DNA from: Nitrospira japonica | GTDB lineage: Bacteria > Nitrospirota > Thermodesulfovibrionia > Thermodesulfovibrionales > SM23-35 | Direction of reading: 5' to 3' | Length of the DNA stretch: 64,000 nucleotides | Assembly: GCA_020725385.1 (NCBI GenBank) | Contig: DYFC01000034.1 | Coordinates: forward strand, 64,001-128,000 | Shown here: positions 38,807 to 47,932 of the stretch, piece by piece | Layout: every line of letters begins with the position of its first letter | Numbering within the stretch: position 1 is the first letter of the stretch | Notes under the pieces: model-generated | What the model was told of the DNA's origin: nothing | The model's database searches: none | What the model saw: only the letters and a program-made list of their open reading frames with translations | Program-made: the position numbers and the translations under genes

Positions 38807-39940
38807 CTATTTTTTTGTTTTTACTTTGTTAGTTTTTTGTTCGGAAGGACTTGGTATTGATTTTGGATATGTCTCCGGGTTATGGTCTTTATCATGGCAG
38901 TTAAGATAACATTGTCCTGCACCGGGGCCAAAAGATATATATAAAAGTTTACCACTGGATGAGGGTCTTATATTCAAAGAGTTTTCAAAATCTATCAGGT
39001 GCTGAAACCGCTTGCTTCCGTGAGGGTTGTGACAATTTCTACAGGAAACACCGATGTTCGATATATGCTGGTTATGATAGGTAAAGCTTTCATTATTTAA
39101 AATGCTATCTCTTCTGTGACAACTATAACATAGTTCATATTGTTGAATGCTCTCGGGTCTATCATCTGAAGAAAAGTTTTTAGAAAGTAAATTTTTATAT
39201 CTTGAACCATGAGGGCCTTTCGGGCCCAAAGGATCATCATTTCCATGACAATTGGTACATTTTATCTGGGTAGAATAAGAAAGAGGAATGATAAGACTTG
39301 GCACAAAACTGTTCTTACCCGGACCTATAACAGGATGATAGGAAGGGTTTGAAATATTGAAAAGTTCTGCTTTATTAGTCTGGTATGAAGGCAAGTTTGC
39401 ACTATATGAATGGCAGTTGAAACACAATTCATATTCATTGGTTATGCCCACTTTTGACCTCTGAGCAGAAGTCCCTTTTATACCAATGAAAGGATTGTCT
39501 TTTGAGACAAAATGATGGTGATGACAATCTCCGCACTCAACGTGTCTTGGCTTTGATGAATCTATCTCCGGCAATATTTCATCATTAGTATGTATCCCGG
39601 TTTTTTCAACCGGATGTCTGTAAGGTTTTTCAAATTCTTTTTTCAGGTTTTTTGATGTGAAGCTCCTGGAAACTATCCCGTTATTTTTTGCTTTTTCTGT
39701 TGAGCTTTCGTCACCGTGACAGATAAAGCAAAAATTATTTTTTGTATCCGGAAGCATAGCTGTGCCAGGTCTTCCATGACCTACATGGCAGCTTGCACAC
39801 CCTTTTGGCACTTTTGTTTTATCAAAATGGGTTATATCGATATTTTTAGAATAGCACCTTGAAAACAAACTGAGAATAAATATAGACCCTATTGTAAAAA
39901 AGAAAAAAACTATAAATATTATTTTTTTTAATACGGCCAT
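38807..39940 (-). CDS. Multiheme cytochrome c (7 CxxCH plus 1 CxxxCH)
   Basis: CASCH, CFICH, CGDCH, CFNCH, CTNCH, CYSCH, CRNCH, CYLNCH; N-terminal signal/anchor; start 39940 or 39961. Confidence 0.9.
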   Translation of the reverse strand: MAVLKKIIFIVFFFFTIGSIFILSLFSRCYSKNIDITHFDKTKVPKGCASCHVGHGRPGTAMLPDTKNNFCFICHGDESSTEKAKNNGIVSRSFTSKNLKKEFEKPYRHPVEKTGIHTNDEILPEIDSSKPRHVECGDCHHHHFVSKDNPFIGIKGTSAQRSKVGITNEYELCFNCHSYSANLPSYQTNKAELFNISNPSYHPVIGPGKNSFVPSLIIPLSYSTQIKCTNCHGNDDPLGPKGPHGSRYKNLLSKNFSSDDRPESIQQYELCYSCHRRDSILNNESFTYHNQHISNIGVSCRNCHNPHGSKRFQHLIDFENSLNIRPSSSGKLLYISFGPGAGQCYLNCHDKDHNPETYPKSIPSPSEQKTNKVKTKK

Positions 39941-40752
39941 ATCTTGTATGATTCCCCGCAATCATTATAGTGACAGACAAAACAAACATCGTTATATGAA
40001 GTTCCCTGCCAGAATGGGGGCCATTTTACCCCGTTGTTTTCTTCCAACGACCTATTGGTATGAGGATTATGGCAGGAAGTACATTGAACCCCCATGCCTC
40101 CACCCTGATTTTCAGTAGGATACAATTTAACAGGAGAGGTTCTATTGGATGGCGGTGGATTTAGCCAGCAGCTATTCGTAATATTGCTATTATTTCTTTT
40201 TGATACAAGTGAATTATCGTAAACAATTGAAATCGGATGGCCACCGGAAAGATCAGTGCCGATATAACCGCTGCAACCTGAACCGGGAATAAGTTTTCCA
40301 GAGGCATCAATGCAGTTGCTAATATTCATTAATATTTCTTCCCATCTGCTATTTACCGAACCAACGGCTACTGTTCCATCATGACAACTGAGACAGAGTT
40401 TTGAAAATCCGTCAATTTTCCATGCCTGACTTTCAGCTTCGGTATATGATTGCAATGTGTTACTCCAATAAACTTTATATGTTTGTACAGCAGATAGTTC
40501 ATGATTCCAGAGAGGCTGAACAGGATTTGCATTATGTGGTGTATGGCAAAAAATACATATCTCCGGCTCATAAACTGCTTTTACAGTATTGCTTGGAGAA
40601 GGCCATCTGCTCAATGAACCTGAAAGATTGTGTTTTGTATAAACTATGCTGGTCTGGGGTGGATCTTTTGCCTGAACCAGTGCAGATAAAAATGTTACAC
40701 TGATTAAAATAACAGATACCATGAATTTTATTATTTTGCTTATACTTGACAT
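39928..40752 (-). CDS. Tetraheme cytochrome c, OmcE-like
   Basis: Signal peptide; TKHNLS, ICIFCHTPHNA, PLWNH, CLSCHDG, GTDLSGGHPI, CTSCHNPH, CFVCH in the motif order I recall for Geobacter OmcE. Confidence 0.8.
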   Translation of the reverse strand: MSSISKIIKFMVSVILISVTFLSALVQAKDPPQTSIVYTKHNLSGSLSRWPSPSNTVKAVYEPEICIFCHTPHNANPVQPLWNHELSAVQTYKVYWSNTLQSYTEAESQAWKIDGFSKLCLSCHDGTVAVGSVNSRWEEILMNISNCIDASGKLIPGSGCSGYIGTDLSGGHPISIVYDNSLVSKRNNSNITNSCWLNPPPSNRTSPVKLYPTENQGGGMGVQCTSCHNPHTNRSLEENNGVKWPPFWQGTSYNDVCFVCHYNDCGESYKIWPY

Positions 40753-40758
40753 ATTTTA

Positions 40759-41808
40759 TTATTCCTTATTTTTGAGATATTTAAAAACCTGAATTCTATG
40801 ATTATATGAATCAGCCACATAGATAAAATCATCATTATCAATGAAAATACCGGCAGGTAATATCATCTCTCCGTTTCCGGTTCCTGTTTTCCCGAACACC
40901 AGCAGGAGTCTGCCTTCCTTATCAAATATCTGGACATTATCAAAATTCGAATCTGAAACATATATATGTCCTTCAGAATCTACAGCAACTCCTTTCGGTC
41001 TGGAAAGGTCTCCGGAGCCATCGCCTGCTTTTCCAAACATTGAAAGAAAGTTACCATCTTTATCAAAAATCTGTATCCTGAAATTTAAAGAGTCTGTGAT
41101 ATATAAAATTTCCTGTTTATCTATAAAAATATTCGTAGGATAATTGAATTCACCTTTTTGGTTTCCCTGATTACCAAAACTGAATAAGAATTCACCTTTT
41201 TTATTAAATACTAACACACGGTGGGAGTGAGTATCAATTACATAAATTCTATCACTGGTTAAAGCAATGCCCGATGGTCTCAAAAATAGATTAGATGAGC
41301 CTATTTCATACTTAAATTTGCCATTTCTATCAAAAACAAAAACTTTTTTAAGTGATGAATCTGTCACATAAATTTTTCCATCTTCATCAACAGCAATGCC
41401 TATAGGTGATTGTAATTCTGCTTGACCAGCATCTTTAATAAGAAAATATTTGCCATTTGAATCATAAACATGAACTATGTGCGCTCCGGGATCTGTAATA
41501 TACAAATTTCTATTAAATGCATATATCCCATGCGGTCTAATCATAGTGCCATAGAATTGTTCTTTGCCGAAGAAGATTTCAATTGTCTGTTCTACCCATG
41601 ATTTGTTTATGCCAAAATCCGATGGGGTATAGATACATGTTAGGAATTTAATTTTAGGAATCTGGGGGTAGGGTGGCCATACCAATGTTGATTCTCGGGA
41701 ATCAATGTTATTATATATAATATTTTTTGAATTACTACAGGAAATTATTAAAAAAAAGATTAATATTATTGAAAGGTTAACTTTGCCTTTAAATATATTT
41801 TCTTTCAT
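40759..41808 (-). CDS. NHL-repeat beta-propeller lipoprotein
   Basis: Lipobox IISC, VWPPYP, repeated F.YP..I.VD..YV.DS.N.RIQ; start 41808 or 41856. Confidence 0.9.
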   Translation of the reverse strand: MKENIFKGKVNLSIILIFFLIISCSNSKNIIYNNIDSRESTLVWPPYPQIPKIKFLTCIYTPSDFGINKSWVEQTIEIFFGKEQFYGTMIRPHGIYAFNRNLYITDPGAHIVHVYDSNGKYFLIKDAGQAELQSPIGIAVDEDGKIYVTDSSLKKVFVFDRNGKFKYEIGSSNLFLRPSGIALTSDRIYVIDTHSHRVLVFNKKGEFLFSFGNQGNQKGEFNYPTNIFIDKQEILYITDSLNFRIQIFDKDGNFLSMFGKAGDGSGDLSRPKGVAVDSEGHIYVSDSNFDNVQIFDKEGRLLLVFGKTGTGNGEMILPAGIFIDNDDFIYVADSYNHRIQVFKYLKNKE

Positions 41809-41812
41809 AATA

Positions 41813-43912
41813 TTAAAAAGTTCTTGATGCTTTAAGATTAAAACGTCTTGTTTCACTTATAGCATATCCTTCATCCAGTTTTGTTGAAGTCAACTCAAGT
41901 GAGAAAAACATCTGTCTCCATGTGTAATACAAATCAAATTCATAATCTCTTGTTCTTGTATCTGTATAGAATTCTCTATTTGTTGTAAGAATGCCGGTAT
42001 TCCACCATCCTTTGCTCCTGAATTCCTCTCTCCACCATGCTGTAAAATTAAGTCCTCTGAAGAAAGTATAATTAAACCTTCCTTCATAATTGTATTTTCT
42101 TATATCCTGTGAATTGGTCTGACCTGTTGTGTAACTTCCGCTTAATATTATTGAGCCTCTTTTTAAGATTGGATATCTAAAATGGCATGATGCAGTATAG
42201 TGTCTTATTTTCTTTGCATTCTGGCTTTCACCCAGCCATACAGATTCAAAGGAATTTAATTTATTGCCCGAGGAATCCATAAAACGGGCTTCTAATTCAA
42301 CAGACCATGAAGCTTTCCAGGGGCCTCTTACATGGGAGCCTAACCGGGCTTTATGTTCAACTGTGGAAGAATTATCTCCTAAGTCGGATTCGGTTTCATA
42401 AGGGGAATTGAAAGAATATTTAAAAGTCCTGTAACTGAATCTATAGCCGGCAAATATCTTGCCCCATTTATATTTTCTTGTTGACAGGTTTAAATCCAGA
42501 CTATTTTCCATGAAACTTAAATCATTGCTATTTTTTTCCTGAGAAAGAATAAAGTTATACAACGCATTAAAGTCATATATTTTGTAAGGTTTGCCGTAGT
42601 TGAAGGTAGTGTCAAGTTTATATGCGTAACGATCATCATCATTAACTGTTCCATATTGAATGCGCATATTAGCTCTCGCAAATATTCTGTTGGAAATTCT
42701 ATAACGCCAGATGCCCGCAAGGGTATATCTGTCCGAAGTTTGCTCACCGGATTTTGAAGATGTAAATTCAAAATTATAATCATGGTAGATATTTTTTAAT
42801 GGCTGGGGTTTATAATCAGCAGAAAAACTAATAAGTCTGGATGTATCGATTTTATAATATTGAAATGCAGTCCATAGAGAATTGCCTTTATTAAACTGGG
42901 TTTTTGTATTTAAGGTTATTCTGGTTGAACTGAAATCTCTATTGGGATATGAATATTTGGATAATGAATAAACGAGAAAATATTTTGTTTTGATTGCATT
43001 CCAGTTGCCGCTTAAGGTGGTGTCCAGTTTATCAATACTGAATTTATATTCAACTTTTTCTTTTATAATGTCGAAACCTCCCAGAAATTCATCATAGGCT
43101 CTCTTACCGGTCATCCTATCGGTTGAATAGTCCCAGTGTGAATATTCTATGCGAATATTAGGAAATTTTTTTAAGGTTGAATAGAATCTGGCGCCGTAAA
43201 AATTTGATACAGAATCCCCGTCAAAGACTGTAACACCATCCATTTTGTTGTATGAACGTGTAGCAAAAACATCAAGCGAGACAGGCCTTGTTGGCAGAAA
43301 TGTAGTTGATAATGTGTATGAAATATCCCTTGCATTCCAGGTCGAATCATCGGCTGCTTTATATTTAGTTTTACTGTTGTTAAATGTGATTTCGGCAAAA
43401 TAGTTAAGTAGTTTTGGGTGGTAAATGAAACCATTTGCTCTTAGTCTGAATTTTTGCTCGAATGTTTGTGAAGAAGATTTGAATTTATTCCCCATATATT
43501 TAGTTTCGGTATTATAATCTTTATAGTTAAGCTCGATCAGTCCGCTAAAACGTAAAGAGTATCTTGCCTTAACCGGGCTACCGTATAATTGGGTATATGA
43601 AAGAGCCCCTGCAGTTGAAGCGCTTTCACCACCGGATTTAGACATGGATTTTGACATTGATTTGGACATGGATGACATGGATGACATTGATGACATGGAC
43701 GACATGGATGACATGGATGACATGGATGACATTGATGACATAGCTAATGAAAATTCAGATGAGGTCAAGACAAATATAAAACATAGAGAAAAAGAGAGAA
43801 GAATGAAACGAAAGAATCTACTTAATAAAAAATTTGATATTAGATGCCATAAAGTGATGCAAATCAATAAAATGGAAAAATAGACTGGCTTTTTGAGTTC
43901 TATTATTGTCAT
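41813..43912 (-). CDS. Putative outer-membrane beta-barrel (porin-cytochrome conduit component) with (SSM)n N-terminal repeat
   Basis: Hydrophobic leader, aromatic-rich alternating beta strands, C-terminal NLKASRTF; located among cytochromes. Confidence 0.65.
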   Translation of the reverse strand: MTIIELKKPVYFSILLICITLWHLISNFLLSRFFRFILLSFSLCFIFVLTSSEFSLAMSSMSSMSSMSSMSSMSSMSSMSSMSKSMSKSMSKSGGESASTAGALSYTQLYGSPVKARYSLRFSGLIELNYKDYNTETKYMGNKFKSSSQTFEQKFRLRANGFIYHPKLLNYFAEITFNNSKTKYKAADDSTWNARDISYTLSTTFLPTRPVSLDVFATRSYNKMDGVTVFDGDSVSNFYGARFYSTLKKFPNIRIEYSHWDYSTDRMTGKRAYDEFLGGFDIIKEKVEYKFSIDKLDTTLSGNWNAIKTKYFLVYSLSKYSYPNRDFSSTRITLNTKTQFNKGNSLWTAFQYYKIDTSRLISFSADYKPQPLKNIYHDYNFEFTSSKSGEQTSDRYTLAGIWRYRISNRIFARANMRIQYGTVNDDDRYAYKLDTTFNYGKPYKIYDFNALYNFILSQEKNSNDLSFMENSLDLNLSTRKYKWGKIFAGYRFSYRTFKYSFNSPYETESDLGDNSSTVEHKARLGSHVRGPWKASWSVELEARFMDSSGNKLNSFESVWLGESQNAKKIRHYTASCHFRYPILKRGSIILSGSYTTGQTNSQDIRKYNYEGRFNYTFFRGLNFTAWWREEFRSKGWWNTGILTTNREFYTDTRTRDYEFDLYYTWRQMFFSLELTSTKLDEGYAISETRRFNLKASRTF
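43635..43742 (-). repeat. Coding tandem repeat, 9-nt then 12-nt units
   Basis: About 8 copies of ATGTCATCC/ATGTCATCA, then 12-nt units encoding MSKS x3. Confidence 0.9.
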
Positions 43913-43961
43913 GCATAGAAATCATTATTTAAAGTTGTCATAATTTATAAATAAATGCTTT

Positions 43962-45026
43962 TTATTTTTTTTCTTTAAGATATTGAAAAACCTGAACACG
44001 TCTATTAAAAGTATCCGATATATAAATAATGTCTTTATTATCAATGAACATTCCCGATGGGAGAGAAAATTCCCCAGGCTTGGTTCCGCCCTGTCCTACC
44101 CATAATAGAAGTTTTCCCGTGTCATTGAATATCTGGAAATTGTTAAAAGCTGTATCAACAACATAGATATGTCCGTCAGAGTCAATCCCGATTCCGGCAG
44201 GTCTTGAGAAATTTCCTGATGTATCACCAAGTCTGCCAAATTTTCTAATAAATCTTCCTTCTGAATCGAAAATCTGAACTCTGAAATTAAATGAATCGAC
44301 TACATATAAATAACCTTTTTTATCAACCGCAAGGTAACTTGGAAAATTGAATTCCCCGTTATCATTACCTTTTTTCCCGATAGTTGCAATGGATTTTCCT
44401 GTATCGTCGAATACTCTTACTACATGATTTTTTGTGTCTGAAACATATAGTTTGTTATTAATTTCATCATAAGCTAACCCTGAAGGATTCTTAAGCATCC
44501 CTATGCTTCCAATATCGATCAGGACTCTTCCTGAATTTTTATCAATCCCGAAAACTTTGTCTATTCTTGAATCGGATACAAAAATAATTCCTTTTTTATT
44601 ATTAATGGCGAGTCCGATTGGAGCTGAGACAACTCCTTCACCAAGAAAGCGAAGTCTGCCCTGTTCCTGATCAAAAACGAAGATAACACCGTGCTCGGAG
44701 TCAGCGACATATACATTACCTGCATTATCGGCAACAACACCATTCGGTCTTCTCAGTCGAATGCCTCTTTCTTCGCCAACAAGTATATTGAGAACCTTAC
44801 TCGGTCTTCCAAAATCATATTTATGAAACCATTGTCTTACCCATTTAATTCGTGGTTGTTCTGGTGGAGAAGGCCATACATATTCAGAAAAATCCTGGTC
44901 AGAAATTTCTGTCGAAGTTGTTGCACATCCTGTAAAGATTATATTTAATAGTAGTAGAATGATTATTATTTCCGGGAAAAACCTATTATTTTTGAAAGGA
45001 TTTTTACACTTTAGTATTTGTGGCAT
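43962..45026 (-). CDS. NHL-repeat beta-propeller lipoprotein
   Basis: Lipobox FTGC, VWPSPPEQPRI, six NHL repeats; paralogue of 40759-41808. Confidence 0.9.
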   Translation of the reverse strand: MPQILKCKNPFKNNRFFPEIIIILLLLNIIFTGCATTSTEISDQDFSEYVWPSPPEQPRIKWVRQWFHKYDFGRPSKVLNILVGEERGIRLRRPNGVVADNAGNVYVADSEHGVIFVFDQEQGRLRFLGEGVVSAPIGLAINNKKGIIFVSDSRIDKVFGIDKNSGRVLIDIGSIGMLKNPSGLAYDEINNKLYVSDTKNHVVRVFDDTGKSIATIGKKGNDNGEFNFPSYLAVDKKGYLYVVDSFNFRVQIFDSEGRFIRKFGRLGDTSGNFSRPAGIGIDSDGHIYVVDTAFNNFQIFNDTGKLLLWVGQGGTKPGEFSLPSGMFIDNKDIIYISDTFNRRVQVFQYLKEKK

Positions 45027-45796
45027 TTAAGGCATATCCTTTGTACTGGAAATAACTTGGAATAGTCTGAACTATGAGGGTTATGACAGCTAACACAGCT
45101 TAAATCTTTTCCCGGTACCTTCGGGTCAGGCATTTCAATTTGTCTTTTTGGATTGACAGGATCGGGTACTTTAATTATTTTTAAGGTGCTTATGTCTTTT
45201 ACATCTTTTATCGGATGAATTTTCCCGCCGGGCAAAGCAACAATATGAATTCCCGATGATTGAGCTTTATGACACGTTGTACATAGGTCATTTATTGGAT
45301 TTGGAAGCAAAGAAGGGTTATTGCTTGCATGGGGGTTATGGCATGTGCTGCAACCTATTACATTTATTACCTTATGAGTATATTTTTTTTCGAACTTGTT
45401 TTTATCATGGCAACTGAAACATAATTCTCTATTTGTAAGTTTCAGGAGTTTTTCATTGTTTGAACTATGTGGATTATGGCATCCTGTGCACATTCCCTTT
45501 GAAACCGGTGGATGAATAGTTTTACCTTTAAGTTTTGTTTCATCATGGCAGTTATAGCAAAGCCCCGGCATAGTTTGAACAAGGATTATGCTTCCTTTCT
45601 CGGGATGATTCTTACCGGGCATTGACTTATGACATGCTTCGCAGCCCATTGTTATGGGATTATGAATGTATTTTGCTTCCTTTAAATTTGCATGGCACAT
45701 AAGGCAGGGATTTGCTTCTTGTGAAAATGAAGTATTTATAAGTGAAAAAAATAAAAATAAAACATGAAAAGTAAGAATAGAAATAAATTTTTTCAT
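45011..45796 (-). CDS. Nonaheme periplasmic cytochrome c
   Basis: 9 CxxCH motifs, several CxxCHNPH; signal peptide. Confidence 0.9.
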   Translation of the reverse strand: MKKFISILTFHVLFLFFSLINTSFSQEANPCLMCHANLKEAKYIHNPITMGCEACHKSMPGKNHPEKGSIILVQTMPGLCYNCHDETKLKGKTIHPPVSKGMCTGCHNPHSSNNEKLLKLTNRELCFSCHDKNKFEKKYTHKVINVIGCSTCHNPHASNNPSLLPNPINDLCTTCHKAQSSGIHIVALPGGKIHPIKDVKDISTLKIIKVPDPVNPKRQIEMPDPKVPGKDLSCVSCHNPHSSDYSKLFPVQRICLKCHKY

Positions 45797-45973
45797 CAGG
45801 TTTATTTTTTTCCTTATTTAGATGATATTTTAATTAAATTAAATTTTATTTTTTAACAATTTATTTTAACTTTAGATATTGTCTTTGTCAATAAAATTTG
45901 TTGTTAATTCAGTAATTTCATAAAGTTTTCATAATCTTTTTAAAATAGAATTTTTAGGGAGTAATATTATCAT

Positions 45974-46007
45974 AAAAAAAGCCCCGGAAAAATTCACCGG
46001 GGCTTTT
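45974..46007 (-). terminator. Intrinsic terminator
   Basis: AAAAGCCCCGG-N9-CCGGGGCTTTT with a T-run on the minus strand after the dodecaheme pair. Confidence 0.8.
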
Positions 46008-46022
46008 GTATAAGTAAACAAA

Positions 46023-46958
46023 TTATTTGCTTATTGATTTTGAAGGAAGATCATGTGCGCCAACATGGCAATCGGCACAATTCGGGAACTTCTTAAGTAA
46101 AGCTTCTCCATGTGGTTTACTATGACAATCTTCACATTTAGGTATAAATCTGTGTTTTGTATGGCAGCTTGCACAGGTTAATGTAGAATGTTTGCTTGCG
46201 TTTGCTTTTAATTTTCCATAAACAACGCCGTGGCAGGAACCACAAATATCATTGGCTGTTGATATTGGATAACTTATCTTTAATGGCGAATGTGCAGGAT
46301 GACAGGCAAGACATTCTTTTACGGTCAAAGTCGAAGTGTGTGGCTTATGGCATTCCATACATGACGGGATATATCCATGTTTGTCATGATGGCAAGAAGA
46401 GCATGCAACATTTGTGTGCTTACTGACATTTGTTTTTATTTCCTGTCCGACTTTTGTATGGCAATCGCCACAAACTTTGGACATTTCAGCACTCATGGTC
46501 ATCTGTGTTTTTGGAGCATGAGGATTGGAATGACATGTGGCACATGCTGCAAATTTTTCTCCATGAATCAAACCATGACATGTTTTACACTGGGGCATGA
46601 TCTCATTCCAGTTCTGTTTTATCGGATTATATTGATGGAATTTGGTATGGCATTTCTGGCAATCAAATTTGTGTTTTCCGCCCTCGGCCTTAATTTCATT
46701 AAATACTCCAGGGTGACAACGGGCACAGTCAGCAGGTGTTAAGGGTGAAATTTCCATTTCATAAATGTCTTTTGGTTTGGGCGCAGGTTTTGGTGGTTCA
46801 ACCACAGGCTGTTGAGCAGGTACCTGTGTTGCTGCGGCAACTTGCTGTGGTGATTGCTGGGCAGGTGGTGGAGCTACCGGAGCTGCTGCACATGCAATTA
46901 TTACAAGCAATAAAAGCAAGGTACAGCCGGTTAGTAAAACTATCTTTTTTTGTTTCAT
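46023..46958 (-). CDS. Dodecaheme cytochrome c lipoprotein
   Basis: 12 CxxCH; lipobox IIAC, Pro/Gln-rich linker; ATG 46958 (TAATG coupling). Confidence 0.9.
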   Translation of the reverse strand: MKQKKIVLLTGCTLLLLLVIIACAAAPVAPPPAQQSPQQVAAATQVPAQQPVVEPPKPAPKPKDIYEMEISPLTPADCARCHPGVFNEIKAEGGKHKFDCQKCHTKFHQYNPIKQNWNEIMPQCKTCHGLIHGEKFAACATCHSNPHAPKTQMTMSAEMSKVCGDCHTKVGQEIKTNVSKHTNVACSSCHHDKHGYIPSCMECHKPHTSTLTVKECLACHPAHSPLKISYPISTANDICGSCHGVVYGKLKANASKHSTLTCASCHTKHRFIPKCEDCHSKPHGEALLKKFPNCADCHVGAHDLPSKSISK

Positions 46959-47782
46959 TATTTTGAAGCCTCCTTTCCTAAACTGTGTGCACTTGTATGG
47001 CACATATTACATTTCGGGAATTTTGCAACCATTCCTGCAGGATGGGGTGAACCATGACAATTTTCACAAGCCGGCACATTCCTATGTTTGTCTTTATGGC
47101 AATAAACACAGGCAAGTTTTGCATGTTTTGTGTCAGTACCGGTTAAAGTATCGTAAATATTCTTATGACAGGATGCACAGGTTTTTGAAGGCATATCGGC
47201 ACCATAAGTAATAGTCAAAGGTTGATGGGCTGGATGACAGACCTGACAATCTTTTTCTGTCATATCAGAGGAATGGGGACGGTGACATTGCATACAAGGT
47301 GGAATCTGCTTATGAGCTTTATGGCATGTTGTGCAGAAAAATTTTGAATGCTTGGTCTGATGTGTTTTCATTTCTTCACCCTGTTTTTCATGACAGGAAA
47401 GACACGGTGCTGTAAGATTTGCAGCAAGTTTCATATCAACAGGTGCATGGGGATTTGAGTGACATGTTTTACAGTTACCAATTTCATAATGTTTTTTGCC
47501 TGCATGACATGCACTGCAGACAGGGATTATTTTGTCTTTACTGACCATTGGAGGATGCCCCTTATGGCAGTCGAGGCAGGAGACAGCAGTTTTGTGTTTA
47601 TTACCCTTTGCATCAACTATCTCCTGTACAGCTTTGTGACATTTCACACAGTCATCGTTTGATAATTGTGCTGCAGCAAGGCTTTCAGAATGAATTCCTG
47701 CTATAAATAGTACAGTGATTATGAGGACGAATAATGGCAGGAAAACATCAAATCTTTTCCTGAAACCATGAATCAGGTTCAT
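46958..47782 (-). CDS. Dodecaheme periplasmic cytochrome c
   Basis: 12 CxxCH; signal peptide; paralogue of the downstream gene. Confidence 0.9.
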   Translation of the reverse strand: MNLIHGFRKRFDVFLPLFVLIITVLFIAGIHSESLAAAQLSNDDCVKCHKAVQEIVDAKGNKHKTAVSCLDCHKGHPPMVSKDKIIPVCSACHAGKKHYEIGNCKTCHSNPHAPVDMKLAANLTAPCLSCHEKQGEEMKTHQTKHSKFFCTTCHKAHKQIPPCMQCHRPHSSDMTEKDCQVCHPAHQPLTITYGADMPSKTCASCHKNIYDTLTGTDTKHAKLACVYCHKDKHRNVPACENCHGSPHPAGMVAKFPKCNMCHTSAHSLGKEASK

Positions 47783-47932
47783 TTTACAACCCCCTTTTTA
47801 AAAATTTATACAATATTGTTTGCCTGTAAATTATATTTTAGCTAACTAATTCTTTTATGATGAATAGTATTAAAGCCAGCATACACTTATACCATCTTTT
47901 TTAATTATCTGTCAAGGAAAAAATTACAGAAA

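Noticed and set aside
43644-43883. Plus-strand ORF with MDD repeats
   Set aside because: Antisense shadow of the SSM repeat in the 699-aa minus-strand gene.
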